Positions 39,264-52,463 of a stretch of 64,000 nt of DNA are shown here, one piece after another. The notes under the pieces are model-generated. The model did not search any database, had not been told where the DNA came from, and saw only the letters and a list, made by a program, of their open reading frames with translations. The DNA is taken from positions 42,001-106,000 of the forward strand of contig NW_027437450.1 of NCBI RefSeq assembly GCF_964204645.1, in the 5' to 3' direction. Within the stretch, counting starts at the first letter, position 1; every line of letters begins with the position of its first letter. The DNA comes from Tubulanus polymorphus. Lineage: Eukaryota > Animalia > Nemertea. Position numbers and translations under genes: made by a program.

Positions 39264-39545
39264 ATTATGTCCACATTTTGAATTTGCACCGACGTTCAAT
39301 AAATAATGGCTTCGCGAATAAATGTTTTCTGAAAATCGAAGACAATTGACAACCTTTTTCTCGTACATTTTATACTAAGATGACACAACTTCAAGCGAGA
39401 CAGGAAATATGACACAACTTACATTATTTAAAAGCTCAAAAGGTTTTTTTCTTAAAAATGAAACTAGGGTCTGAAGTCTTGGGAATCGGTCTGAAATGCT
39501 GTATAGTCTGACAACGTCAATATTGTTCGCCACTTGGACAACAAT

Positions 39546-40213
39546 CAGGGCCGTATTTAGCCCTTTTTAAGGGTAGGTGCGAATTTGTGGCAAAGCGGCA
39601 CTGAATTCACAGCATGCCGCGAGCGCCGCAGGCACGAAGCCATTTTAGGGGGTCTGGGTCCCCGGAAAATTTTTTCATTCAAGGTTAACGTGTATTCTGA
39701 GAGCTTTCTGGATATCTTTCTTGTCCGACATTTTCCATCATGAATACGGCAGAATCTAAATAATGTTATATAATATGAAAATTTGATTTAATGATCATCA
39801 CCTCGTGAAAATGTAATCATTAATGCTTCCAACCCACAGAAAACTTATCTATGCAATTAAAAAACCTCAGATCGACTCATGTAGAAAATCAGCGACTAAA
39901 GTAACGTTTATTTTTTTTCAAATCATTTGCATTTGAGGAAATAACGTCCCGTGATGAAACATTGCACAGAATCATTCTAGGCAATAAGTTCCATGCTATC
40001 TTGATCTTTTGACTGATGCCTATATAGATCCTGGGATAACATACCTGTTTGGTAAAATTACCAACCACATAAAGTGTAGGACATATAAACATCACATAAG
40101 GCATGGAAAATATGAAGTAAAATCTTTCGAGGACAGGAAATTTAGCGGAACTCGAACTTTTGCGGGTAGGTTCGTTCGCACCCGTCGCCCCCCCCCCCCT
40201 AAATACGGCCCTG
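39546..40213. mobile_element. Duplicate of the 2612-3281 element
   Basis: Same TIRs and interior, at the equivalent site in the duplicated block. Confidence 0.7.
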
Positions 40214-41669
40214 ATTTACAAATAAGTAATCAACGAGCTAAAACTCGCCACTAACATACCGCTTTGAGATGGAATGTAGTTACAAAGTATGCATTTTTCA
40301 AAATCAGAAACACATTTCGAAATTTATCTCCGTAATCAAACCAACACCCAAATACATCATTCATTCATATTCCATGGATCTTCTAAACCGTACCCAAACA
40401 GGATCTACGTACTAATAATACTGCGCGAATTCTAAGTTGCCCAACCAGGCGCAGAGCATCCTCGCTTGCCAGGGTTTGATTTTCGCCTGCCGAAACACAC
40501 ATCAACACGAACCCTAGCCGTAAACCTACATGATAACAACTAATAAAAGACCCGGCAGCTTTAGAAATGAACGATTAAGAATATCTATAGAATGATTAAG
40601 AATATCTATCGAAGTTTAGAAAAGGACCCGGCCGATTAGGAGATACAAGGTATCATTTTTTAGCCTAAGGTTTGTATGACTATGATGAGATATGCGAAAT
40701 TGAAAGTATATATCACTTATTTCGTATAAAGATTGTCGGTCCCAAAAGACACGAATCAAGATGAGTTGGATGTACTAAGTGGAGTATATGGTAATAGGGA
40801 TTTCAATTTAGTAATATGTATGGTTTTAAAGAATATCCTTTCAATATATTATTCGATGATGTTTTAGAACATAAAATAAAGCATATTTTCCATTGTTCAA
40901 TATTTCGCCACCTGCCCAACTTAGGATTCGAATTTCCGTAATACGTCATCCTTACGCTATTGAAAGTTGTATTTGATTACCAGATCGGTCGGTAAGTTCT
41001 CTGGGGGAGAGTGTATTATTGATTTACGCTCGAACAGTCCAGTCAAATTCATTGTGTTATTCACGTTCGGTCTCCATCAACCACAGGCATCAGAGGCGCA
41101 GACGACAGCGAACATACAGATAATTGTACGTCCGTATAAAACCGTAAGTTGAATGTTATCGTAGTCAGTTACCTGTCTGTGGTTTAGTTTCACGATTGGA
41201 TATTTTCACAAACACCATCCGATTATAAAAGTTTACCACCAACGATCGGGTAACTGTTGTCGGAGGTTGAGGTAAGAGTCCAGTGGTAAAATAAATATTC
41301 AAATGTTCGGTACCTTTGTCTAAAATCAGCGAAAAATTGTATTTGAATTACTGGGCGGTCTCGCTGATTCGGTGACGCACGAAGAACTGGCTAAACTTTA
41401 GCAAGAACGTACCTGAAATGAAAAGACTGATTTTATGCGTTGACAATGCACATCGCAACAAATCTTCTGGTTATCAATACATGTCAAGTCACCGATGTAC
41501 ATGCATTGAGTGTGTGGCCGGTCACATGACGCGTGTTCATTCTAAAAATCTTAAAATAGGCTGCATGTAGGTTTTCATAGCAATTAGCAGTTTAGTTCTT
41601 AATGATTCCTATAGGTGTCGTTTGGTGTCACAGCAGAATTAACATATCGAACGTTATCCTATCACCACC

Positions 41670-42865
41670 ATGAAGTCGATCATCGCATTTGTGTGTAAGT
41701 ATTTTATAATAATACCGCGATTGCGTGAGTAATTTTCGACTAACTCCTATTTTATGATAACCTGTGGATGAATATCTTTGATTTTGTGTTTCTCAAGTCG
41801 TAGCAGTTCTCGGTGTTACGTTCGCGAATTACACGGCCAAATATTACCTGAAAATGTGTAAACGATATTGCGTCGCAGAATCGAAAAACATTTCTAACCT
41901 CAATTTGAGGGAAATGCTGTTACGACAGTGTAAATCGTAAGTTGAGTTTTTCTAGTCGTCATTAGTAAAATATCTCAGTCGTAATCGCTTCCTCAATGAG
42001 ACAAGCCAAATAGGCGACAACCGTTCTCGGGCTTAGACTCGAACCCCGAAATTACCACGGGTTAGTGTTAGTCCCCACTGCATTTTGGATATGTTGTACC
42101 GAGGGCCAGTAGCTAAATTTTGTCGAGATAACGTTTTGTATTTGGACCCGTCTATGTCGGGGCGCTGAAAAACGGCGAGTTTTAGTGCCTAGTTCTGCCG
42201 CTAGGTGTCTCACTGGGCCCATTCTGGTTTCTTAGGCATTGAAACTACATTTCATTTTCGACTCTTAACTTACTTTCCGAATTCCGTAAAACTACTTAAA
42301 TTCAAATACATTTCCGAACATTGATGTTTTAAAAAATCCAACTTTTAAACTGGCTCAATTTATCAAATAAGGTCTAGATGTATATAGATCCCTCCGGTAG
42401 TGTGTGTAAATAGTATGTCGTAAATAACGTTTGTTACGTTTTAAAATACTTTTATTTCCGGTTTTTGTAAATAATTGTAAATACTGTTTTTTCCCCATAT
42501 ACCATGGAAATGGTTGGAGTGTAATAATTATTAGTATTCGTATTCGGTCTCATCAGGATCGACCCACTATTAAAGAAGCTAAGCAGCTGAAACACAAACG
42601 GTCAGCACATAGACTAATGGTCTCATTGAAGCCCGAGGACCAATAACGCGTCTATTGATATCTAGTCATAAGCTCTAGCTTTAGAACTTAATTTGCGCGA
42701 AGAATAAGTTGATCGATGTTGAATGAGATTTCTAATCGTTGAATTTATATTTCCAGCGTTTGTAAGACCGTCGCTCCATGTATGACGTCAAACTGCCCGG
42801 AAGTGACTCATTCTGAAATGGGTAAATGTATGGTGGAATGTCAGCGTATTATGGCATCAACTTGA
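41670..42865 (+). CDS. Secreted 8-Cys peptide, subfamily B copy 2 (B2), 90 aa
   Basis: Exons 41670-41694, 41798-41936 and 42757-42865. Protein: MKSIIAFVFVAVLGVTFA-NYTAKYYLKMCKRYCVAESKNISNLNLREMLLRQCKSVCKTVAPCMTSNCPEVTHSEMGKCMVECQRIMAST*. Confidence 0.88.
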
Positions 42866-43863
42866 ATTTGCATCGATGTTCGAAAATGGATTCGTGAATA
42901 AATGGTTTTTTTTTGGTGCAAATCTAAGGAATTCACAACAGGTTTTCTCGTATATTTTGATGAATTAATTTATTTTGACAATAGTTTGGAATGGTTGGAA
43001 TTATATGTGTCATCTATCCGAAGGTTGTTTGAAGGTTGTGGCCGAAAGTATAGGGCCCCGCTTCGGTTGCTGATTTACTCCATATCAATAGAAAATTTGC
43101 TGGGATTTTTTCGGGAACGAATAATCCTTTCATCCGAACGGTTGAACAGAGCCGAAACGATTTTCAAAAATCTTCATCATTTTTTACATTATAGTGTTTG
43201 AAACTCCCCCAAAACATTTGTAATTCTAACTTACCCTCTGGTATCTCCCTCTCTGGTCTCCGATCAAATACCTTCGATATAACACGGAAACAATCAAACA
43301 ATGATTTCGATGAAATTCTTCTGAAAAATCTTAATAGCGCAATCTGCGTTTGCAGAAAATCGACGGTCGACTGTCCACTCACGCGCGCTTTATGGCGAAC
43401 TCAACCGGTGGCCACGCGCGTATCTATGACGATATTTTTACGAATGCAGAATCAACAAAATCCTCAGATAAAACTCTATCTTCAGTGAAAAATTCTACAT
43501 GATATCTCAAAAGATGAAATAGTTACAACCAATGACACAAAATTACAATTTTCTGAGGCGCCTTCCTAAAAGTGACGTATTATATTCGAACCGTAACTGT
43601 GTTCGATTGTTGCAGCCGACAAAAATGAAATAAACACCATCTGAAAATAGAAATTGTAACCTTTCTAACGATGTGTAACTTACTTTTTTTATGCAAAAGG
43701 GGGATGTGTGACAATAAATCGCGCTAAAGGTTTTAGTGTACAAACTGTTAAAATCTGTCCAACAATGCGGGACCTGTGGGACCGCCTCACGATGCGCCTA
43801 GTAACTGAAAACCTCCCTATTTGGAAAAAAACATCGAACTTTCTAATAATGCCCTGTTTGTGG

Positions 43864-44820
43864 TTATTTGACTGGATTTCTACAGCGGATTTTCATACAG
43901 AAATATTCACGAATTTCTCGTCCCAGTAAAAGATATATGTAGAAATTGACCACGAAGTTGCCGACTAAAAACTGCATGAATATGTCGTGTAGGAAATCTC
44001 TCTGTTTCGGCGAAATTGGTAACAGCGAAATAACTGCTGACGGGAGTAAAAATATCCCAAACGCGAGTGAAACTGTTACGAGCATTATTGTCGTACGTTT
44101 TGATTTCGTAGTTTTCTGATCGGACGAAACCATTTTTGAACCTCTGAATAACTGAACTGTTGTAACCGAATTTGATGTTAGAATGAAAGATAACGGTACG
44201 ATATGAATGTGAACGACAGTTACGGTGAAAACGATCATTTGGTCAGGAAGTTCGTAGTAACATCCACTAAAATAAAACTGGTTGGAAACGTACATCGACA
44301 AAATAGGCGTGAGGTATAGGACCATTACATTCACTGCGATAATTATGAATATAACAAATCTAGCGAATTTAGGTGTACATATCAAACGAGATGTGAACGG
44401 GAAGAGCACAACTGCCGCGCGTTCAAGAGTTATCGCTACTATTAACCACGCGCTATTGCAGGCCGCGAGCGCCATTACAAATTCATAGATTTGACAACCG
44501 ATCACCGAGTTAATCACGAATATTGGGCCGGTGTTTAGACGCAATAGAACAAACTGTAAAACAGGCATCAGCGTTAGGCATTTACAGTATACGAAATCAC
44601 TGGCAGACAAAACGATCAGATAGTTAGCGTAAGATAAACCGCGGAATCGGCGACTTATCATTATCAGGAAAGTAGCCGAATTTCCGAACGCTCCGAACAG
44701 GAACACGACGGGTAGAACGACCAGTGACACGGTACGGTAGCCTCCAGATCTGTTCGCGATGGACATTAGAACGATGTGACTGTTATAAGTTCGGCCGATT
44801 TGCGTATGAGTAGAATTCAT
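43864..44820 (-). CDS. Intronless class A GPCR, 318 aa, duplicate of 7125-8081
   Basis: Same motifs; three residue differences from the 7125-8081 copy (L/M, S/P, R/K). Confidence 0.93.
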   Translation of the reverse strand: MNSTHTQIGRTYNSHIVLMSIANRSGGYRTVSLVVLPVVFLFGAFGNSATFLIMISRRFRGLSYANYLIVLSASDFVYCKCLTLMPVLQFVLLRLNTGPIFVINSVIGCQIYEFVMALAACNSAWLIVAITLERAAVVLFPFTSRLICTPKFARFVIFIIIAVNVMVLYLTPILSMYVSNQFYFSGCYYELPDQMIVFTVTVVHIHIVPLSFILTSNSVTTVQLFRGSKMVSSDQKTTKSKRTTIMLVTVSLAFGIFLLPSAVISLLPISPKQRDFLHDIFMQFLVGNFVVNFYIYLLLGREIREYFCMKIRCRNPVK

Positions 44821-46546
44821 GATTAATGCGGATCAAATGAGAGTATCCTGACTATGTGTGAGAGTGCACTGACTGTCTGAAAATGTACTGACTGTCTGAG
44901 TGTGCACCGACTGTCTGAGAGTGTACCGACTGTCTGAGAGTGTACTGGCGGTCGAATAGTATACTGCTAAGTTCAGGAGAGTCAACTGACTGTCTGAGAG
45001 TGTACCGACTGTCTGTGGACTCTCTGGAGAGTGCATTGACTGTCTTTAGATAGCTGATGTCTGTGTCACTGAAACTGACGTCTCGTGTATTGGACAATTA
45101 ATCTAACTTAAGTATAAAGAAATCATTAAGTCTTTATCACAGCTACGATTCATTTCCTAAGATCTATTGTTAACAGCGAGTAGAGAATCAATTCTCAGAA
45201 ATCTAACACAATTTACAGCAGTTTTGTGAATGTTTATTATTTTTTGCAGAATATAAATGTAAATATAAATTGAATATGAATGAATTCGTTATACGAGAAC
45301 TCATTGTAAATGGTGAAATAGCTTTGAAAATATCTGGATAGGTTGGAAAATGTATAAATCAGCTCTTTGTAGGGAAATACACGTCAAAAAAGCATCAAGA
45401 GTTCATTATCTAACCACTTATGCTACGAGGCAGTTGTTTCTGTGGTGGCGCGTTCACGCGACGTCATTTAGACCGGATTGAATTTGGTCCGGTCCAATTT
45501 AGACCGGGCCAAGCAGTACCCAAAACAGTACGGTGGCTAGCATCTGTAAACTGGTTTACTCAAATCGAACGTATACCACGATTCCAAATAGTACGAGAAA
45601 AACGATGTGTTCCCCGGAACCGATAGGTCATAATGCGGATTAATGGCCACAAGTCGCACTGGCTAGATACATACCAGACTGACCTAATCTAGATAACCGT
45701 TTAAATTGGTTGGAGGTTGTTTGGAGGACACACCACGGTCATTTGATGGGCTGTTGAATCTTTGGTCGTGAATAACAGTGGGAAGGTTTTTAGCGTAGTT
45801 CAAATTGTTAATAATTACAAGAAGGCATTAGATTCTAACTTCAATATTCTGACGAATATTATATTCCACATAAATTAAACGGATAGACCTTTAAAAGTTT
45901 GAATGTAGCAGAATTCACACCTGTAGGTATAAAGTCTGTAGTCCTACTAACGTTGATACGAAAAAAATGACCCGCTGGAGCATATACAACCGGTCGAACC
46001 TTTCGAGTGCCAAACATTGTAGTTACAGCTGGAGGGTACTGAGAGTGCTCTCCCAGTAATTTTACGTCTGTTGACATATCGGGTCGGAAACAGATGAAAT
46101 TCATTTTTATTCATCAAAATCGCCTTTCCACAGAAACCTGTTCCACGCTTTTCTGCACCAGTTTGACCTCATATCGAGTAAGTTTTGAAGCGTTTAAATC
46201 GCATCTTAAATACGCTCTGGGGCGTCCCCAGCCTGAACAAGTTGATTTGTTAAAAAAGGTTCCTCAGACTATTACGGCCGTGTCATATATTTCAATTGAT
46301 AAAATAATGCCATATGATTATGACTATTGGCGAAATTTCAACTTCTATTTATGGAATCCTCGCTTGCCAGAGTTTGGTTGCTGTCCGCCACGCCAACACA
46401 AGCCCTGGCCACAAACCGCCCTTCATTGTAAACAAATGCACGTGGAATCCGTGAACACCGTCGATAACTGTGTCACTGCAGTGTAAGGCTCGTAGGCCTG
46501 TGCCCGCGTACGTATAACTATATATCGATGCGTATACACTTCGTTA

Positions 46547-46590
46547 AACCAGGGAGGTGGGAGTGCTGGTTCACTCCCACCTCCCTGGTT
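46547..46590. repeat. Perfect 19 bp hairpin with 6 nt loop
   Basis: aaccagggaggtgggagtg-ctggtt-cactcccacctccctggtt. Confidence 0.85.
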
Positions 46591-46634
46591 AAACACACTG
46601 ATACACGAGTACGTACGGTCTACTACTTATCGGA

Positions 46635-46973
46635 CATCCTCCCTCTGCAGGGACTCGAACCTGATGGCATCGCTACACTCAGCCACGGCACGAACCCCTG
46701 CATCAGTAGACCGGGTGCGCAGGTACATGCGCAGCTTTCCGAACGAAAACTAGCGGCACCAATCAGATTGCTCGTTGTATAATCGTTGAGGCAAATTTCA
46801 AGGAAGAACTATAAATGGGAAAACCCGGGCTAAAATAAAACGGGATTTCTGATTGGCTAAAAATCACATCATCTGAACTGCGCATGTATCTGCGCACACG
46901 GTCGATTATGGCAGGGTTTCGTGCCGTGGCATTCTCGATGCCATCAGGTTCGAATCCCTGCCGGGGGAGGATG
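46635..46973. mobile_element. MITE with CATCC..GGATG termini and 9 bp TSD (MULE- or P-like)
   Basis: Long imperfect TIRs flanked by the direct repeat cttatcgga. Confidence 0.85.
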
Positions 46974-48092
46974 CTTATCGGATGGAAAACGCAGACTTCA
47001 TTCGTAGACTTCATTCCCTGCAGAGGCTAAGAGGATATTCCCCCCGTATGATTTTTTATTTACAAGGACACAAAGAGTCTAGACTTGGGGCTTTTTTGGA
47101 TCTGGCATAATTGAGGACAGCGTCTTCTACACGCGGTGTCTACATCAGCATAAATTATAATTAATAAAATTGAGCATATAATTCCCCAATTTTATAAACA
47201 CTATAATTAAGGATTATATTCTAGACTCCAATTTTCGTCTTGTTACTTAGTGGGTTTCGTTATTCAACTTATTCCTGTTTTATGAGGAACACGTGTTTTA
47301 TGTACACCGGTAGTTATTGTGTTTACATGTTGAGATCACGTGATAGCATGTCACATGTAGAAACAAAATGGCGGACCTGGTGTGAAAAAGAAATTCGCGT
47401 CTGCGTTTAGTGTCATGTTATTCCAATAAAGTCCACTTACCGAGATTAGTGTATCGCAGCGCCTTCAGTGGAGACCTTCCAAGCGAGGCTCCGATGTTGC
47501 TTGCCTTGTACATTAATCCTCTCTCATCCGCCGACCACACACTGGTCAGACTGGTCGGGACCACCTTGTTCCTGGCTGATGGTCGTGTCCGCCGGGTCAG
47601 AATCCTAGTTCCTCAGTAAGGGCCAAATTCAGTTCTCATATCTAGCCGACTAGTGGTCGGAACTAATAACCGAATGCGCTTTAGTTCCGAACTATTTCCG
47701 GACTATGGTTCCGACTAGCTCACATTCGGTTTCACTTTAGTTCGACTATAGTCGCGACTAACTCCGATAACAAACGTTCGCCCAGCGTACGTGGGTCACC
47801 AGTCAATTTCAGTCTCCTCGTGATGGAATGAAAATGTTTCGGAATATTCTGCAAATTTTTCATCCCGAAACAACTGATTCCAGACAGCCGTGTTTGCTTC
47901 AATACTCTCAATTTCGGCACAATTTTTCCCATCACTCGTCGTAATAGTTACCGATATGAAATTGATTTATTTTCCTCTGGCAAAAATGAAGCTTTCGCAG
48001 AAAATTCCAAAACAGGTTCATTCCACAAGTTCGAATTCTGAGTATTGTCCCACTGAAGTTCTCTTCGTCAAAGAAGGCTGAAAATCGAATCT

Positions 48093-48288
48093 TAGGCTAA
48101 ACAAAAATGATACCTTGTTTCTCCGCAGCGGCCGGGTCATTTTTGTAAAATATGATAAAATTTATAAACAGTTCATTTCTATAGCGGCCGGGTCTGTTAT
48201 GGTAATGTATAGGGTAGATAGGCGGCCGGCCGGGTCAACATTTAAGCTCAGCAGAGCGGAGAAACAAGGTATCAATTTTTTTTAGCCT
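48093..48288. mobile_element. MITE with (t)aggctaaa..gataccttgtttctc TIRs
   Basis: Inverted ends. A relative lies at ~56817-56986, and half copies at ~505-548 and ~3674-3718 and their duplicates. Confidence 0.65.
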
Positions 48289-48759
48289 TAGTCTTAGAAG
48301 TTTTCCTCAATGTCCAAGAGAAATGGGCCTGCTGCTTTCAAGGGTTCGAATCCAGTCCGAGTTGTCCTGTTTCCACACTGACGAAGGCTGCGACAGTGGG
48401 TCCGAATCAGGAATTAAAACACGATGTTCCCTTATTCCGTAGAGGAGCCTGTGGTATAAACGGGGGGGGGGGGGTATAATTATAACGAGACAAGTATAAG
48501 TATACAATATAGGTTTATTTGACGCACAAGCTTTAGCTACTAATCAGTATTTATAGGCAGACTGACACTAATTAGAGAGAACCGAGTGAGAAGAGTAATT
48601 ACAAATACATAATACAATGCATGGTACAATACTTATAACAATACATAATACAATACATATTACAATACATATATTACAATACGTAACTGAGTGAGTTGAT
48701 ATATGATTAATTACAGAACAACAAAATAAGTGATGTATCTTAGATGCGCAAAAAGACAA

Positions 48760-48945
48760 ATAAAATGGCGCGAGATTACTTCAAAATAAAATGGCGCGAG
48801 ATTACCTCCAAATAAAATAGCGCGAGATGAAAAATATAATGGCGCGAGATGAGACTTCAAAATAAAATGGCGCGAGATGAGACTTCAAAATGAAATGACG
48901 CGAGATGAAAAAATGGCGCGAGATTACTTCATAAAATGGTGCGTG
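48760..48945. repeat. ~25 bp tandem repeat (aaaatggcgcgagat core)
   Basis: About 7-8 degenerate units. Confidence 0.8.
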
Positions 48946-51900
48946 AAAAATTTAATTTTTTAATTCTAATGTGTTATATTATATAAGTGTGTATTTGTCT
49001 ATTGTTTTATATTTGTATCACTGTTATCTGTATGTGTTTTGGGGGGTTAATAGTCCAACCACCTAGCTCTACATGTGTTAACGTTAATGTAGTTTCTATT
49101 ATATAGAAAAAAGTTGTCAAGTCCAAAACGTCAATTCCTCATCCTACCGAAGTCACGCTTAATTCACAAAATCGTGGAAGCTTCGTTTTAAGGGGAGGGG
49201 TGAGGGTGGGGGCGTTGGATGATTGTGAAATATATTCAAAATACCAAAGAATTAACGGTTGAAATTATGTTTTAATTGGGGGATCAAATAACTAGTTAGA
49301 ACTAACATAAATTCTATCAATTCTATTTATCTACAAGAACTATTAGACATGTCATACAAGTCGCACCTGAATTTTTTCAAGCCACTCTGTCATCATCATT
49401 CAACTTCGGGTTCGATCTTCTGTGGCCCGGGGGGTCTTTTTCTTCTCACTGAAATCATGGACGTATCAACTCAGAGTTGATAAGTCCACGCTGAAATATG
49501 TCCTACCTTATTCAATTCGGACCGCTCTTTTTTTCATCAGTAGGCGAGTCTGTTGTATCTTCCATGAAGCTGTAACACTGGTTACCGGTACCTGTTAATT
49601 AAACCTAACCTAACCCTAACCTAAAGTGCAACTATTTTTTTCCTAAATCTAAATCTAAACATAATTTCGACCGCTAATGTTAAATAAATGTTCCACCTAC
49701 CTTACAGCAACCTTGTAACGCGGATGAAGCAGCAATTTGAAAATGTAATCCTTTTATTTAAGAGTCAATTTTAAAGTCATTTTTAAATTCCGTGTCCTGT
49801 TGCCAAAATCCAGTTGTATTAATAACATATAGTTTATCAGCCCAGGTGCGTTTGTTACAATGCAATGAAAATTCTCTTTTTCTAAAACGTGTCCTATCTG
49901 AGCAATATCCAGCGACAGAGACATCTTCGCCGTGAAGAATTTCCAAGTGTAATGACAACTTGTAGGAGCGCCCACCAGTTTTTAACTGACCCCCTTAAAA
50001 TTCGTAGCCGGTGATTGGTTGAATCACCGATAACAAAAGCTTCGGGAAATGATTTCAAAAGGTATTGCCAGCAGGTCACTGGCCATTCATGAATTGCGGT
50101 CAATGGCATCTATTCTCTTGAAGTTTGAAAATGCTTCGAAGTTTGAAAACGCTGAGGTTATGTGGCGCTGATCGGCGATTATCCGGCCGGTTGCGTTGGT
50201 CTAGGTGTCGACATGTATAGTATAGTATAGTATATAAGTGTATTGAGTGTCAGAATATTAATAGATAGTATTTTCACCCTCACGCAAGCCTCATGTCTAG
50301 CGGAGCGGATGATCGGTTAAATAAATGCACGTCAAATTCAGACAAACTGCTCTCGTGGCCCACTGGTGGTAATAGTGTCTAATACTAAGCGACTTGCCCG
50401 AATTATGGATCGGAAAGTACGTTTATGAAGTCAGAAAAATCCGATGATTATCGGTGAGGAAGCAAATGTGACGACTGCAACAGAAATCGAAGGTACAAGT
50501 AAGGAAGCCGAACTTTTTTGGACCCTACTGTAGCATCATAGATGCTATAATGCGACACGTGTAAAGAATCTACACTTGAGGAAATGAAAACTTTTCGATT
50601 GGGAATCGGGGTAGTTTTAATCATTCAGAAGTCAGGAGTATAATAGAGACAGTGCTCAGAGTCCTGGATGCGAAGCCGCGAATTTTTTTTTCACACCAGG
50701 TCGGTGCTTTGTTGCGCATGCGTAACTGCGATTTATTTCCGAATTATATGAATAATTAGGCGCAAAGTTAGTTTTAGTTACTAAACTGCTGCACCCCGTA
50801 TATAGATACTGAAATAATCATTTAAGTCTCACTCTTTATGACAAATCTGTTAGTTTTAGTTAGGTGATGAGTGGTCAGTGAGAAAGCACTCATGCGTACT
50901 AAAGCGTACTTGGGTGACCCGATTATTTTTCCATTTTTATCAAACGCAATAACGAATATTATCACTAATATAATTAGATTTCAATGAAAGTTACAATAAA
51001 GCCGTTAGTTGGTTGATTTTTCAGAGGTTGCGCATTTTGTGAAACTGACTGTACTGAAAATATAACTCATCGGATTGAAAACCGTGACTTATCCACTGAT
51101 ATCCCACGTGTCACGGAAGAGGCTTGTCAAAAATTGTTGATAACATTTTTGAAATGTAGGTTCTATAGTAATTAGTAATCTATGGAAAACAGATGTTGAT
51201 ATTCGGAGAGTGAACGCTCTCTCGCGCGGAGCGCAGACGAACTCAGGCTAACACATCTTGGGAGCTAAAGGTAAGTGCCGTTTCCATTGTCTAGAGTCAG
51301 GGAGTGTGAAGTAGGAAAAAACCCTTTTTAAAAAAAATGTTTTAGATGAGAACTTATAATTGGAATTTATACTTGTTCTTCGGAACTCGGGATTGAAAAA
51401 TGAAAAAATAAACTCAAGTAGTCTCAATGACTTTTGTTATTTAATCGAATTGTACTGGGGTTGCGTATAGGCCTGTCAAACGCTTTCAAAGTAACAATAA
51501 TGTTTGACACGCATATAGCGCAGGTATCCTAATAACCTGAGTGAGTTCAGATGCGCTCCGATTTGGTACTATTACCCCCAGTCTATAACTCTATTCCATG
51601 TATCAGTCATCTCTCCTTGGGGAGAAGTAACATCCGAACAGCTACTAGGAGCTCAGAAGTCATCTATCAGAGGCCAGGTACCCGTTAACCGTTCCTAGGT
51701 CGAGAGAGGCAATGAGGAAAAGTAACTTGCCCGATGACACTACGGTAAAATATAGCGTCATCGGGCATTTGCTATAGAAGCCATGTATAGCTTCGTATAA
51801 GAGATTCGAATAGGTCCATATATACAAACGATCGAACAAAATGTCGTTCGAATCGTTGGAAATGAAAACGGAATAAACATTTTCATCGTTCAAAAAATTA

Positions 51901-51956
51901 TCGAATTTTCGCCGTTATAAAACAACGCGTTTTAATTTCAATTGACTGCATCATTA

Positions 51957-52266
51957 AGCCCGCCGCACGCGGCACCGAAAAAAACGTTTTTTCCTCGTGA
52001 AAAAACTTTTTTTCATGTTTCTTTTTGTTATGCCGTGTTCGGGGGAGTCAAAACACAAAACGCCGAAGAGAAAAACGTTTTTTTGCGAGCAAAAAAAAAA
52101 ACGTTTTTCACGATTCAAGCCCTGCTTGATTCGCGAAAAACGTTTTATGTAGTCGAAAACGTTATGCCGTGTGCGTTGGACGTTTTATCGTTTGAGGGCA
52201 AAACGTTTTCTGAAAAACGTGTTTTCTGTTTTGGCGTAACAATTGTTATGCCGTGTGCGGCGGGCT
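51957..52266. mobile_element. PIF/Harbinger-like MITE
   Basis: TIRs agcccgccgcac...gtgcggcgggct flanked by TTA on both sides. Confidence 0.75.
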
Positions 52267-52463
52267 TTACCATTCAGGGTAACGCTAGGTCTGCTAAACG
52301 GGTCTCCCCATGGGTAACATTGTAAATCGGAGGGCGAGTCCTTGGGCAACACCAGAAGCTTGTCAGGAATCACGAACTCGAAATTTTTACATGTAAATTC
52401 GGTGTATACCAAATGGTCGTCTGATTATCTGTGTTTTGTAGATTTGTCAAGAAACAAGACGCC

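Larger units (their letters stand above)
47374..50702. mobile_element. Possible 3.3 kb degenerate DNA transposon bounded by inverted repeats
   Basis: gacctggtgtgaaaaagaaattcgcg at 47374 and its near-perfect inverse ending at 50702. No TSD or transposase ORF seen. Confidence 0.35.
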
